Below are positions 1-12,979 of a stretch of 64,000 nt of DNA, one piece after another. Within the stretch, counting starts at the first letter, position 1; the number at the start of each line of letters is the position of its first letter. The notes below the pieces were generated by a model. The model made no database searches and was not told the origin of the DNA. It worked only from the letters and a program-made list of their open reading frames with translations. The DNA is from Antechinus flavipes (Eukaryota). The DNA lies in the NCBI RefSeq assembly GCF_016432865.1, contig NC_067399.1:525016001-525080000 (forward strand), read 5' to 3'. The position numbers were made by a program, and so were the translations under genes.

Positions 1-159
1 TACTATTCAATCAAGTGTCAAACATGGGAACCTAGATATTAGGAGGGGAAAGTTAAACCATTTTGATTCACATGGGATTACAGAGTATGGAGGCCATCTA
101 GTTCTGTTTCTTTATATTATAAGTGAGAAAACTGAGGCCAAGATTTTAAGGAACTAGAT

Positions 160-378
160 GACAGTGTAAAGAATTCTAGACCCAGAGTCAGCAAGAACTG
201 AACTCAACCCCAGCTTTGGAAATTTCTAGCTATATAACCCTAGCAAGTCATTTAATCTATCTTCAGTATCCTTATCTGTAATATGAAGATAATAACATCT
301 ATCCTCAGGATGTGAGGATAAAATGAGATCATATCTGTAAAGTATCTTGCAAATCTTAAAGTGCTACATAAATGTTAC
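160..378 (+). mobile_element. MIR-type CORE-SINE
   Basis: CORE block (gcaagtcatttaatc...cagtatccttatctgtaa) and MIR 3' end (gtaaagtatcttgcaaatcttaaagtgctacataaatg). Boundaries approximate. Confidence 0.7.
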
Positions 379-394
379 ATCTCATTATTTCATT

Positions 395-770
395 CTTGTT
401 ATTGTAAACTTGAAAACATCAACAGACACAAACTTTCGTTTATACAAAGAACAAAGAAGATTGCATGACATAATGAATCTCCTTACACATACCTTAATAA
501 TCGTCCTTATCTGTTTCTTCTGAATTTCCTTCTGTGTATTTTAAAAATGTTTTGCTGATGTATACTTCTCTCTTTTCTGCCCGTTTTTTTAAAGCACTAT
601 TGCTATCCTTGTTTCTAAGAACCACCTCACCTTTAGTTAAAAGCCTTTCTTTGTATTAGGTAAGTACTCAAGCAAAACAAATCTATACATCGACTATATC
701 TATAAATGTATGTCTTTTTCTGCACCTCCAGTGATCACCTCTCTACCAAAAGGTGATTATCATGATTCAC
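395..770 (-). mobile_element. Old marsupial L1 3' UTR fragment
   Basis: Resembles the old L1 3' end at 31030-31470 (tatacaaagaacaaagaagattgcatg...atgaatctc). Highly decayed. Confidence 0.45.
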
Positions 771-1049
771 TATCAGTCTGCTGAGAGATCGGGGAACATG
801 CCCAATATCCTACAAGTAATAAGTGACAGCAGGGGAATTTGAACCAGCCTTCTCAGATATCAGATTCAGAACTTCACTGTACCACTCTAAAAACAGAATG
901 CTTTGGAATTTTGCATTGTAACTCCTAAAAAGAGATAATTAAATGTTCCACTTCATGTCAGAGAAGAATATTCCTCAGCATTCAGAATACAGTGCTCAAG
1001 ACACAATAGCAAAAATAGCAAAAAAAAAAAAATAAGATTTTTCTCCTTT

Positions 1050-1262
1050 GCTCCTCCTTTCAGTTTTCTTACTTATAACTCTTCCTTCTCTTATACTATC
1101 AGTCCAGAGATACTGGTCTCCTGTTTATCCCTCAAACATGATGTTCCATCTCCTGACTCCAGGTATTTTTCACTGTCCATCCTCCATACCTAGAAGGTTC
1201 TTCTTCCTCAACACTAACTCCTGACTTCCCTGACTTTGCTTTTCTCCTTGCCTCTTCAATGG
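1050..1262 (+). mobile_element. L2 LINE 3' fragment
   Basis: Pyrimidine-rich L2-like text (atactggtctcctgtttatccctcaaacatgatgttccatctcctgactcc). Confidence 0.55.
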
Positions 1263-1279
1263 TAGTAAAAAGATAACCT

Positions 1280-1640
1280 TTATATAATGTTTTAAAAGCA
1301 TTATAAAAATATATGCTATATTATGTAAGCTCATCACAATTCTTTTACATACAACAAATATATTCTCACTTTAAGCTTATTAATATATGTACATATGTAG
1401 ATGTATATATATTGATATATGTGTATTATGATATACAATACATATATACAAATAAAGTAATATATTGTATATATTGAGTATATTATATTTAACAAATATA
1501 TTTTTACATAATGTACGGTTTTATGTATATAAACCACTTACGTATATGTATAATATGCATATAGGTAGTATACATGCATATACATGTATTTATGTACATA
1601 AATGTTTTTATATATAGTGTATATATTATTTATATAATAT
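1280..1640. repeat. AT-rich low-complexity, decayed (TA)n region
   Basis: Dominated by tata/tatg/cata motifs; accounts for the spurious Y/I-rich ORF 1334-1537. Confidence 0.85.
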
Positions 1641-2377
1641 ACTGTTTCCTCAGATTCACTAATTTAATAATCAAGTTAAGATAAGCAAATTCCTTTCCAT
1701 TTTCGTTATGCCCCTCACCTATAATGCCAGATCCATATAACTTATCCTGATCCTTCCAAACCACAAGGGACCACTTAGCAAGACTGGAGGGGACTGGGTG
1801 GAGTTGGTAATCTTTGGTCTGTTTTCCTGAATCTACACTCAAGTCACTATCCTCCTTTCATATACACTCTTGGTTAAAAAAAATATGAGAGTCATGGATC
1901 AGTTGGGAAGAAAACTAGTCATTGATAAGCAGGAAGAATCCTGAAAAATGATATGCAAAGGCTGCATTGATATACTTGGAATTTTAGTTTTAAACTTAGC
2001 TAAGGTGGGTTAAATGCTATTTGTTAATGTAGTATTTAGAATTAGTTCAGTTGTGACTTTTCTATGTGGTATGTGTTACCTTTATTTGATTGGGCATGGG
2101 AGAGTTCAAAGACTTAATGAGGAGTAATCAGATTTAGTTTTAGTTACGTTCGTATTTTATAGGGGGAAATGTGGAAAGTCCAGAACATGATTAAAGATCT
2201 TTTCAGGTATGGACAAAAACATTCACCAAAAAAACAGACAGGAAATTAAGAGATCAGAAAATAAAAATTTGCCAAGGATCATTATAAATTTAGACACCAT
2301 TCTGCTTTCAACCAAATAAGGCTGTTTCAAAGTATATGCACATTGTTGTATGTATACATGTAGTACATGTATATATT

Positions 2378-2456
2378 CATCCATCCATCCATCCATCTAT
2401 TTTTCCTCCCTCTTTCCTTCCCTCTCTCCATTCTTTCTTTCCATCCATCCATCCAT
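2378..2456 (+). repeat. (TCCA)n and CT-rich simple repeat
   Basis: catccatccatccatc blocks flanking a pyrimidine tract. Confidence 0.8.
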
Positions 2457-2594
2457 ATATAATGTATGTTCATGTTTAACATTTACTTGGTGTATTATTG
2501 ACATAGTTGTACATGCAATGGAATTTGGAAAACTGATAGTATGTATAAAAGGGTAAATATAATTTATACTCATTTGTTTAGTGACCAATTTTTT

Positions 2595-3810
2595 ATTTTT
2601 ATTTTTTTTAACTTTTTATTGACAGAACCCTTGCCAGGGTAATTTTTTACAACATTATCCCTTGCACTCACTTCTGTTCCGATTTTTCCCCTCCCTCCCT
2701 CTACCCCCTTCCCCAGATGACAAGCAGTCCTTTATATGTTAAATAGGTTACAGTATATCCTAGATACAATATATGTGTGCAGAACCGAACAGTTCTCTTG
2801 TTGCACAGGGAGAATTGAATTCAGAAGGTATAAATAACCTGAAAAGAAAAACAAAAATGCAAGCAGTTTATATTCATTTCCCAGTGTTCTTTCTTTGGGT
2901 GTAGCTGCTTCTGTCCATCCTTGATCAATTGAAACTGAATTAGCTCTCTTTATCGAAGAGATCCACTTCCATCAGAATACATCCTCAAACAGTATTGTTG
3001 TTGAGGTATATAATGATCTCCTGGTTCTGCTCATTTCACTCAGCATCAGTTCATGTAAGTCTCGCCAGTCCTCTCTGTATTCATCCTGCTGTCATTTCTT
3101 ACAGAACAATAATATTCCATAACATTCATATACCACAATTTACTCAACCATTCTCCAATTGATGGGCATCCATTCATTTTCCAGCTTCTAGCCACTACAA
3201 ACAGGGCTGCCACAAACATTTTGGCACATACAGGTCCCTTTTCCTTCTTTGGGGTATAAGCCCAGTAGAAACACTGCTAGATCAAAGGGTATGCACAGTT
3301 TGATAACTTTTTGAGCATAGTTACAAATTGCTCTTCAGAATGGCTGGATCTGTTCACAATTCCACCAACAATGTATCAGTGTCCCTGTTTTCCTACATCC
3401 CCTCCAACATTCCGCATTGTCTTTCCCTGTCATTCTAGCCAATCTGATAGGCATGTAGTGGTATCTCAGAGTTGTCTTAATTTTCATTTTTCTGATTAAT
3501 AATGATTTGGAGCATATTTTCATATGGCTATAAATAGTTTTAATTTCTTCATCTGAGAATTGTCTGTTCATATCCTTTGACCATTTATCAATTGGAGAAT
3601 GGCTTGATTTCTTATAAATTAGAGTCAGTTCTCTATATATTTTGGAAATAAGGCCTTTATCAGAACCTTTGACTCTAAAAATATTTTCCCAGTTTATTGT
3701 TTCCCTTCTAATCTTGTCTGCATTTGTTTTGTTTGTACAAAAACTTTTCAATTTGATATAATCAAAATATTCTATTTTGTGGTCAATAGTGATTTCTAGT
3801 TCTTCTTTGG
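2595..3810 (-). mobile_element. 5'-truncated L1 (ORF2 C-terminus plus 3' UTR) with 15-bp TSD
   Basis: TSD AGTGACCAATTTTTT at 2580-2594 and 3811-3825; TTTTTT/AA endonuclease site; T-rich tail on +; ORF 3335-3751 encodes the ORF2 C-terminus (CWRGCRKTGTLIHCWW). Confidence 0.97.
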
Positions 3811-4988
3811 AGTGACCAATTTTTTAAACTAAATATTTAACCAAAATATTTTTGCAAAAATAGCAAAAATATGTTACTCAAAAATTACAAATGCTTGATT
3901 TATCTAGGATCCAAACAGAGGAATATGATGAAAAATTCATTCTTTTGTAAGACACATATTCAGTAATGTTCAAGGTTCAACAGCAAAAGTTATGGGATAT
4001 TTATCAATTTTAAAGGCAAGATCATAACTATTTACATTGAAGGTTACCTTCATGCATACCATAGCAACCTCATCTTTCACTATTTAGTTCAGGTGTGATC
4101 TTTTTTTCCATTCTCAGAGCTTCATAAATACATAGCTGAAATTATCACACTTGGTCTTGCCCTGCAGATGAAGTTGAATAAAAAGGGAATTCCATACATG
4201 TAATTACTAAGGGAACTAGCAATTTCACTGGTCACTACAATAACTTTTGTTTAATTATACATGACTCCACAGGTTTCTTTGTTTCTTGCTGGCTATTGCT
4301 GGTGCTGCCTCCCTGGCTCCATCTCTTTTTCCTCCTGAAAAGTTGTTTCTTATCTAAACCTTTCTATGTGCTGATCAGTGATATCTTTAGGATTTGCCTG
4401 GGTTTGATAAAGGAATTTTGATACCATTCCTAGTGACTTTGGAACCAATAAAACAGTATCAAAGAGGCCATCAAATGAACTCTGTAATCAGCATAGTCAG
4501 ATGGCACCAGGTTGCCTGGTGCTTATGGACAAAGGTATTCTTTGAGAAATGTTTTGGAAGGAGCAGTAAATTTTTGTCTCATTTACGAATATAGCCTTGC
4601 TCTCTTGAATGGAAAAGATGGAAATATTTGATGCCCAGGACCCAGTAAGAGGCTCTTAAGTGAGTTGGTTAGGAAAAAATGAATCCTTTTCCTTTCATCT
4701 ATTTTGACTTCCTTTCTGCCCTTATAAATGTAAGGGACTAGAGAATGAATTAATAGAAAAAGGGCAAGGTTCTAGGAGAAGAAAGGAATGGACTGTTTCT
4801 TAATGCAGATACACTTAGAGTTGGTACTGTGGCTAAAAAAAACTGCCTTAAACAATAAAACCCTTTCAAAGAAGGTTTCCACAGAGAGCACAAATAGAGG
4901 AGGAAATACATAGCTTTTTTCTTTCAAAAATCCTCTTAAAAATCCAAGATAAATATCTCATTTTAGCTCCAAAGTAGTCAGAACTCTT

Positions 4989-7955
4989 TTTTTTTTTTTA
5001 TAATAAATTTTATTTTATTTAATAATAACTTCGCATTGACAGAATCCATGCCAGGATAATTTCTACACGACATTATCCCTTGTAATCACTTATGTTTCGT
5101 TTTTTCCCCTCCCTCCCTCCTCCCCCCCCCCCCCCCCCCCCCGGGATGGCAAGCAGTCCTATATATGCTAAACATGTTGCAGTATATCCTAGATACAATA
5201 CATATTTGCAGAACCAAACAGTTCTCTTGTTGCACAGGGAGAATTGGATTCAGAAGGTAAAAATAACTCGGGAAGAAAATCAAAAATGCAAATAGTTTAC
5301 ATTCATTTCCCAGTATTCCTTCTTTGGGTGTAGCTGTTTCTGTCCATCATTTCTCCAATGAAACTCAGTTAAGTCTCTTTGTCAGAGAAATCCACTTCCA
5401 TCAGAATACATCCTCATACAATATCGTTGTCGAAGTGTATAATGATCTCCTGGTTCTGCTCATCTCACTTAGCATCAGTCCATGTAGGTCTCTCCAAGCC
5501 TCTCTGTATTCATCCTGCTGGTCATTCCTTACAGAGCAATAATATTCCATAACATTCATATACCACAATTTACCCAGCCATTCTCCAATTGATGGGCATC
5601 CATTCATTTTCCAGTTTCTAGCCACTACAAACAGGGCTGCTACAAACATTTTGGCACATACAGGTCCCCTTCCCTTTTTTAGTATCTCTTTGGGGTATAA
5701 GCCCAATAGAAACACTGTTGGATCAAAGGGTATGCACAGTTTGATAACTTTTTGGGCATAATTCCAGATCGCTCTCCAGAATGGCTGGATTCGTTCACAA
5801 CTCCACCAACAATGCAATAGTGTCCCAGTTTTCCCGCATCCCCTCCAACATTCATCATTGTTTTTTCCTGTCATCTTAGCCAATCTGACAGGAGTGTAGT
5901 GATATCTCAGAGTTGTCTTAATTTGCATTTCTCTGATCAATAGTGATTTGGAACACTCTTTCATGTGAGTGGTAATAGTTTCAATTTCTTCATCTGAAAA
6001 TTGTCTGTTCATATCCTTTGACCATTTATCAATTGGAGAATGGCTTGATTTTTTATAAATTTGAGTCAGTTCTCTATATATTTTGGAAATGAGGCCTTTA
6101 TCAGAACCTTTAATTGTAAAGATGTTTTCCCAGTTAGTTACTTCCCTACTAATCTTGTTTGCATTCGTTCTGTTTGTACAAAGGCTTTTTAATTTGATAT
6201 AATCAAAATTTTCTATTTTGTGATTGGTAATGGTCTCTAGTTCATCTTTGGTCACAAATTTCTTTCTCCTCCACAAGTCTGAGAGATAAACTATCCTATG
6301 TTCCTCTAATTTATTTATAATCTCGTTCTTTATGCCTAGGTCATGGACCCATTTTGATCTTATCTTGGTATGTGGTGTTAAGTGTGGGTCCTTGCCTAAT
6401 TTCTGCCATACTAATTTCCAGTTATCCCAGCAGTTTTTATCAAATAATGAAATCTTATCCCAAAATTTAGAATCTTTGGGTTTGTCAAACACTAGATTGC
6501 TATAGTTGACTATTCTGTCTTGTGAACCTAACCTTTTCCACTGATCAACTAATCTATTTCTAAGCCAATACCAGATGGTTTTGGTGACTGCTGCTTTATA
6601 ATATAATTTTAGATCAGGTACAGCTAGACCACCTTCATTTGATTTTTTTTTCATTAATTCCCTTGAGATTCTCGACTTTTTATTGTTCCATATGAATTTT
6701 GTTGTTATTTTTTCTAAATCATTAAAATATTTTCTTGGAAGTCTGATTGGTATAGCACTAAATAAATAGATTAGTTTAGGGAGTATTGTCATCTTTATTA
6801 TATTTGCTCGGCCTATCCAAGAGCACTTAATATTTTTCCAATTATTTAAGTCTGACTTTATTTGTGTGAAAACTTTTTTGTAATTTTGCTCATATAATTC
6901 CTGACTTTCCTTTGGTAGGTAGATTCCCAAATATTTTATGCTATCAACAGTTATTTTGAATGGAATTTCTCTTTGTATCTCTTGCTCTTGGATTTTGTTG
7001 GTGGTGTATAAGAATGCTGAGGATTTATGGGGATTTATTTTGTATCCTGCTACTTTGCTAAAATTATGAATTATTTCTAATAGCTTTTTAGTAGAATCTC
7101 TGGGGTTTTCTAGGTATACCATCATATCATCTGCAAAGAGTGATAGTTTGGTTTCCTCATTGCCTACTCTAATTCCTTTAATCTCTTTCTCGACTCTTAT
7201 TGCAGAGGCCAGTGTTTCTAATACAATATTGAATAATAATGGTGATAGTGGGCAACCTTGCTTCACTCAGATCTTACCGGGAAAGGTTCCAGTTTTTCCC
7301 CATTGCCTATGATGCTTACTGAAGGTTTAAAATATATGCTCCTAACTATTTTAAGGAAAAGTCCTTTTATTCCTATGCTCTCAAGTGTTTTTATTAGGAA
7401 TGGCTGTTGGATTTTATCAAATGCTTTTTCTGCATCTATTGAAATGATCATATGGTTTTTGTTTGGTTGGTTGTTGATATAGTCAATTATGTTAATAGTT
7501 TTCCTAATATTGAACCAGCCCTGCATTCCTGGTATAAATCCTACTTGGTCATAGTGTATTATCCTGGGGATGATTTTCTGTAATCTTTTTGCTAATATTT
7601 TATTTAAGATTTTAGCATCAATATTCATTAGGGAGATTGGTCTATAATTTTCTTTCTCTGTTTTCAGCCTACCTGGTTTAGGTATCAGTACCATATCTGT
7701 GTCATAAAAGGAGTTTGGTAGGACTCCTTCAATCCCTACTTCTTCAAATAGTTTATTTAGCATTGGAGTTAATTGATCTTTAAATGTTTGATAGAATTCA
7801 GATGTAAATCCATCTGGTCCTGGGGTTTTTTTCTTAGGGAGTTGATTGATAGTTTGTTCTATTTCTTTTTCTGAGATAGGAGTGTTTAGGATATTTACTT
7901 CTTCCTCTGTTAGTTTAGGTAAGCTATATTTTTGGAGGTATTCTTCTATTTCATT
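4989..7955 (-). mobile_element. Young 5'-truncated L1 (~3 kb) with 19-bp TSD
   Basis: TSD CAAAGTAGTCAGAACTCTT at 4970-4988 and 7956-7974; poly(T) tail on +; near-continuous ORF2; many CpGs retained. Confidence 0.99.
5401..7955 (-). pseudogene. ORF2: L1 ORF2 fragment (Z region, reverse transcriptase, C-terminal Cys-rich domain); no endonuclease domain; one frameshift
   Basis: Motifs [45 protein letters not shown] and CWRGCGKTGTLLHCW. ORFs 7263-7958 and 5401-7266 join if one G is restored at ~7268 (AGA TCT GGA GTG AAG = RSGVK). Confidence 0.97.
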
Positions 7956-8701
7956 CAAAGTAGTCAGAACTCTTGAAAAAATGTTTTGATGGAAGGAATA
8001 GGGGAAAAAAGCAATTAGTCTCTTCTAGACCTACTCTTCATAGAGTGACCACCATATTTCTTTACATGCTCACAGAGATGGAATGTTGGATTATAAAGAG
8101 ATGGTGACTCTATTTACAGCATCACACTGATTTCCAGCAGCTTAAGTTACTCTTGTGAATTATTTATCTTTTCCAAGGCTCTGGTTCTCCCTTTGTAAAC
8201 TGGGCATGTTGACCTAGACAAGAAGACAGGCTTAAAATACCACATATTCTGCCTTATTCCATACTAGGAGTAGAATGAGAGCTCCAGGTATGGTAGATGA
8301 ACTTTTATATATGTTTCATGTAGAAAAGAGGGAATACTTTAAAAAAACAGTATTCTAAAACCTTTTTCTTTCCTTATCTATAGGATCTATTGATCTTCTA
8401 GAGAAGTACGGGAAGAGGAATATGTTTCATTCTTTGGTGGGGGTTATCAATTCAGTCAGAAAGAAAGAAGCATGGATGATTAGGTAATATAGATGTTATG
8501 ATATTTATTTCTAGTGTCTTTTATCATTTATTTCCATGTAGTTGGGCCTCCTGTCCCTTGAAACCCATGTAGCATCGGTCTCTCCCCAGATTCTAAAAAT
8601 GCAACACTTTCAGAAGGCAAGAACTATAACTATTGTAGAGAGTTGGTTTGTTGGCCATTCTGATGTTTAATTGGGCCCAACTCTACTGAAAGAGACTATA
8701 T

Positions 8702-8900
8702 CAGGGTTTCTTAAACTATTTGTGTCACAAACATCTTTGGCTGTTTGGTATAGCCTTATACTACTATAGTTTATTGTGTCCATAATTGAAGGAAATATTA
8801 TATTTCAGTTTGAGATTGATGAAAAAAAGTTGTAATTGTTTTCCTAATCAAGATTAAAGACCTCCATGAAATGTATCCATATATTCTTTGGAACTTAAGA
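8702..8900. mobile_element. hAT-Charlie non-autonomous element (Charlie4-like)
   Basis: Left end cagggtttcttaaac resembles a Charlie TIR; the minus strand reads like Charlie4z as remembered (ctgaaatataatatttccttcaattatg). Confidence 0.55.
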
Positions 8901-10944
8901 CTTGCATCTAACTTGAGAGTAAGAGAGGAGATTAAGTGATATGCCCCTGGTCACATTACTAGTAACTTTCAGAGGCCAAATTTGAACCTAGAGCACTGAT
9001 TCCAACCAAGATTCCTCATGCTGTTAAGTTCCAAACAGGAGTTTATGTTAAAAGTTAAAACAATCATGATAGGATCATAAGTCATAAAAGAAAAGAAATA
9101 TTTACTTTTATCTTGTGAACAATGGGAGAACTCAACAGAGGTGTGTGAGTAGCTCAATAATGTGATTAAATTGGTATTATAGAAAGATTGATCTTGTGGA
9201 AATAAGTAATACTGACTGGTAGTGGTATATAGACTGAAAGTGGGAGACCCCTTATCATGGTTTTATATGAATTTCAGTATAAGGTGATGACTTGAACTAG
9301 AATAGGGAACATGGGAAGATAGAGTAAGAGACAGGTACAATCGAAATCATGATGCCTGACTTGATATAGGGGCAAAATAAGAAGGAGTCAAAATTGATCA
9401 AGCCTTGTTGATGTTTATGAAAGTGTCATTGGCAGGAACAATGAAGTTGAGAGGACTGGGAGAGAAAGTAATTCCATTTTGTACATGACAACTTTGAATT
9501 GGTGTATATTCTCGGATTAAGTTTGTGAAATTACATATTTTATGTTTTATGCTTTCATCTTAAAAACAAAATTACTAGCCAGACCCCATTCGTTGATATG
9601 TGCTTCTTTCTTGGACAGAAGAACTCACATCTAAGACCGTAGAAAAACAACAGACTTCTTATCCCATACTAAACTACTCGTACCCCTCGGATTCTATGAA
9701 TTTCCAGGATTTACAATACTATACTGTGTGAGTCTCTAGCAAGGGGAAAAAATTGTATTTCTCTGCTAACCATCAATGCTGTATTCCTCATTGCTCTTAT
9801 CTAGTAACTCTCCTTCTATTGATGCTTCATTACCATTGGAACTTCTTTGCTTCTTAGTTATTACTTGATGGTGGAATCCTTCTTCATTCTTTCACTATCT
9901 ATAATCTTTTACTCATATATAAAAAGAGGGTTTTCATTAGATATCTTTTAAAGTACCTTCTTGCTCTAAATCTATGATCTGGGTAAAATCAGATAATTAT
10001 CTTTTTTCAAATAGTCAGATATTTGGTATAATACGTTAAAAGTCTTGTTCTGGCTACTGTGAAAAAAAGATGCTGCTTTAATTTAAGCTTTTTCATTTTT
10101 CTTTTTGCATTTCATGAAAGCAATTATCTACTTTATTCTCCACTTTTAATAAGGAAGTAACTGATCTGTGTGAAGAGTTCACCCATATTACTTGTGGGGA
10201 ATGCTAACATTTAGTGCCTCAATATTTAATCTGCACAATTTCTGTTCATGTTTTATTAATATTCCTCAGAAATATCGAGGGCATTGTTAATTGCATAGTT
10301 TCTTCATTCAAATGTTTGTTCCAAAGTAAAACTTGTTTAATTTTTTTTTTAGATTTTCAGTTTAGATTCCTGTCTTAATATAAGAATCTAGGTCCATTAG
10401 GTACCATTCATCTGTGAGATGAATTCCATATTCCAGCTATTGAATATCTATAGAATTTAGGCAAACACTTCTAGGGTTTTGCAGTCTCCTAAACAGTTTA
10501 TATTATTCTTTCAATATGGGAAGAAAATAGAGGGAAATTTCATCTTTTGAACAGGTGAGGGGAATTTTTCATACATTAAGGACTGTATGTAATATGTTTC
10601 CCCCCGATAATTGAAACAAAAACAGTATTCTTAGTTATAATAGTTCAACAGTATGTGTTTCATAATTCCTGTCCATTTACCTTTGAATGCTATTCATACT
10701 AGTGATTTTTACGTGATTCTAAATATTAGGGATTTATTTTGTTTTAATTTGGCACTAGATTAAATGGATGTTCAAAATTGTGCCAAGAATAGATTGTTCT
10801 TTTAATTTCCTTGTTTTTTAAAAATATTGGCTCTACTTCTTGCTAGCAAATAATCAAAACTTAAGAGACCTCAGTTTCCTCACCTGACAAATGGTAGAAG
10901 GACATAAAGACCCTTTGAGTTATATAACCCTATTATACATGGAG

Positions 10945-11475
10945 TATTAAGGGAATATTAGTATTTCTGGTGTGAGGGCTTGCTTCTTTCAGAGATGCTT
11001 ATCCACTTTTGGTGTCCAACAAGTCATCCAGCTCCAAGAAGCTGTAGTATGCAGTGATTACATCTTAGTAAAACCATCTTGGTAGATCTATTAAACCAAG
11101 TTGAAGGACAATGAGGTGACCTTAAATCCTATGGTGAGTTAGTGGGATGTCTCCCCCAACCATATTAAGGTTTCTTCTAGTTGAATGGATGGATGAGAAC
11201 AATTTATTCCAAAGGCCATGAAGGTGGCTGAAGCAGGCATGGTAAAGTGCTTACAGCTTGATCAGACATAAAAAATACCAAGGTCATCGACCTAGGTCAT
11301 TACCAGTCATCTTGACTTTTGTCCCTCTGCTGGACTTAGATGACTCTGAAAGAGAGAATGAGGCTATTAATTTTGTGCAACTCTCCTTCAACTTAAAACC
11401 AATTCATGAACAGGCCATGAAATCACCCCATGATGTCACTGGTCTTCTTCAAAAATCAAGGATAAAACAACAAAT
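10945..11475 (+). mobile_element. Marsupial SINE, MdoRep1/WALLSI-like
   Basis: Blocks gtcatcttgacttttgtc, gatgactctgaaagagagaatgaggct and the aaaacaacaa tail; related copies at 23315, 24985 and 31675. Family name from memory. Confidence 0.7.
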
Positions 11476-12979
11476 GGAGTACCTTTTTCTATTATTTTAC
11501 AATTATAGTAAGACTCATTAACACATTTGTGAAGCTGTGTTGTATTTGTATCATGTTTTTATAGTTTTCAAAGAAATTGTATGTATTTCATTTGTTCAGT
11601 CCCTTTGTGGCTTGGTATTATTCCCATTCTACAGATAAAGCTCATTAAAAAAAAGAACAAATTACTATCCTCCTCTCCCTTTTGCTCAGAAAAGAATCTT
11701 GCATAGATATTTATTTCCAACTCTGTTGCTAGGCATAACTTTGTTTACTCACTTTATCTTGTCTTAATTCAATGATCTGAATCTTTTTCACATGCAAATT
11801 ATAACTTTTTAATGGTTCAGTAAAGGGCCTTTTAGAATAGTTAGCTTTAGGACCCTATAGTCAACCCAGTGAGGAGCCCTTGAATCCAGCTAGAATAATT
11901 CTTGGTTAATTGCTATATTGTCTATTCCCAATTATTAGTAGGATTGCCCAGAGCTTGTGATCCACTGGTTGAGCCTTTTAGGACTGAGGCTCACTTATAT
12001 GTGATGAGGAGACCTCAGACTATGGCTTTAGTGGGAGGGTATTTATCGTATGTTAAATTAAATGCTCAAGGATCAATAACCTTCTTATTGCCAAATCCAG
12101 TGGATTTTGATCAGGTTTCATTCCCTCTAAAGAATTTGGCATTATGAACTGCTCCTGTTTCGTGAAACTCTCATCTTGGCTTCTGTGCATAAGCCTTATT
12201 ACTTTCTATTGCTCAGTGATCCTTCTGCTCTTTCTTATTGACTTTATACCTTATTTTCCCACAATAACTCTTATAAACCTTTTTCTTTGTCCACAACTTC
12301 TATCCTATACTTCTACCTAGCATAGACAATATAGAGCTTAAGGTCCCATTTCATTGCACTTATCTAATAGGAGATGCTTTCTTTTATCCACCAAAACTTT
12401 TCAATATCCCTTACTCATTATTTCCAACCTTCCTTCCAGCCTTAAAGAAAGATGGGGTATTGCTGAGATCATTAAGAAAGTCTATCCCTAGAAAGAATTG
12501 ACTGTCCTGGGGAAAGTCTAGAACCTTGAAATACCCTAGAAATCTCAATACAGGCTAGACAGCAATTTGTCTGATAAGAATAATATTTGGGGGGTTTGGT
12601 GGATTGAATCTAGAAACTATTCAACAGTTAATGCTTGAATATGAAAAAGAACTCTGATTTCATCAGTACAGAGGAATTCTTAGTATAATCTATTTACCAA
12701 TGCAAATCACAACACTAATTTTTCTGTGATAGGTAAATTTTTGGAAGCTGCCTGAGGCACAAAGAAGTTGTTATTTGTCTAAGGTTATATAATTCATACT
12801 ACCATAGATTGAATTTGCATGTAGGACTTTCTGATTTCATATCTAATACTTTATCTTCTATACTATATACTTCCTTCAATAATGTCATATGATGGCCATA
12901 CGACTTTGAGTAATATTAGATTGTTTTTGAGAGGCATAGAATCCAAGATTATGGAAGTCTCAACTTTGCTCCATTTATA

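Noticed and set aside
8041-8112. TAGAGTGACCA...TGGTGACTCTA as a MER81-like MITE
   Set aside because: Imperfect TIRs and no TSD; not supportable.
11983-12020. Small imperfect hairpin (ctgagg...cctcag)
   Set aside because: Short and bulged; within chance expectation.
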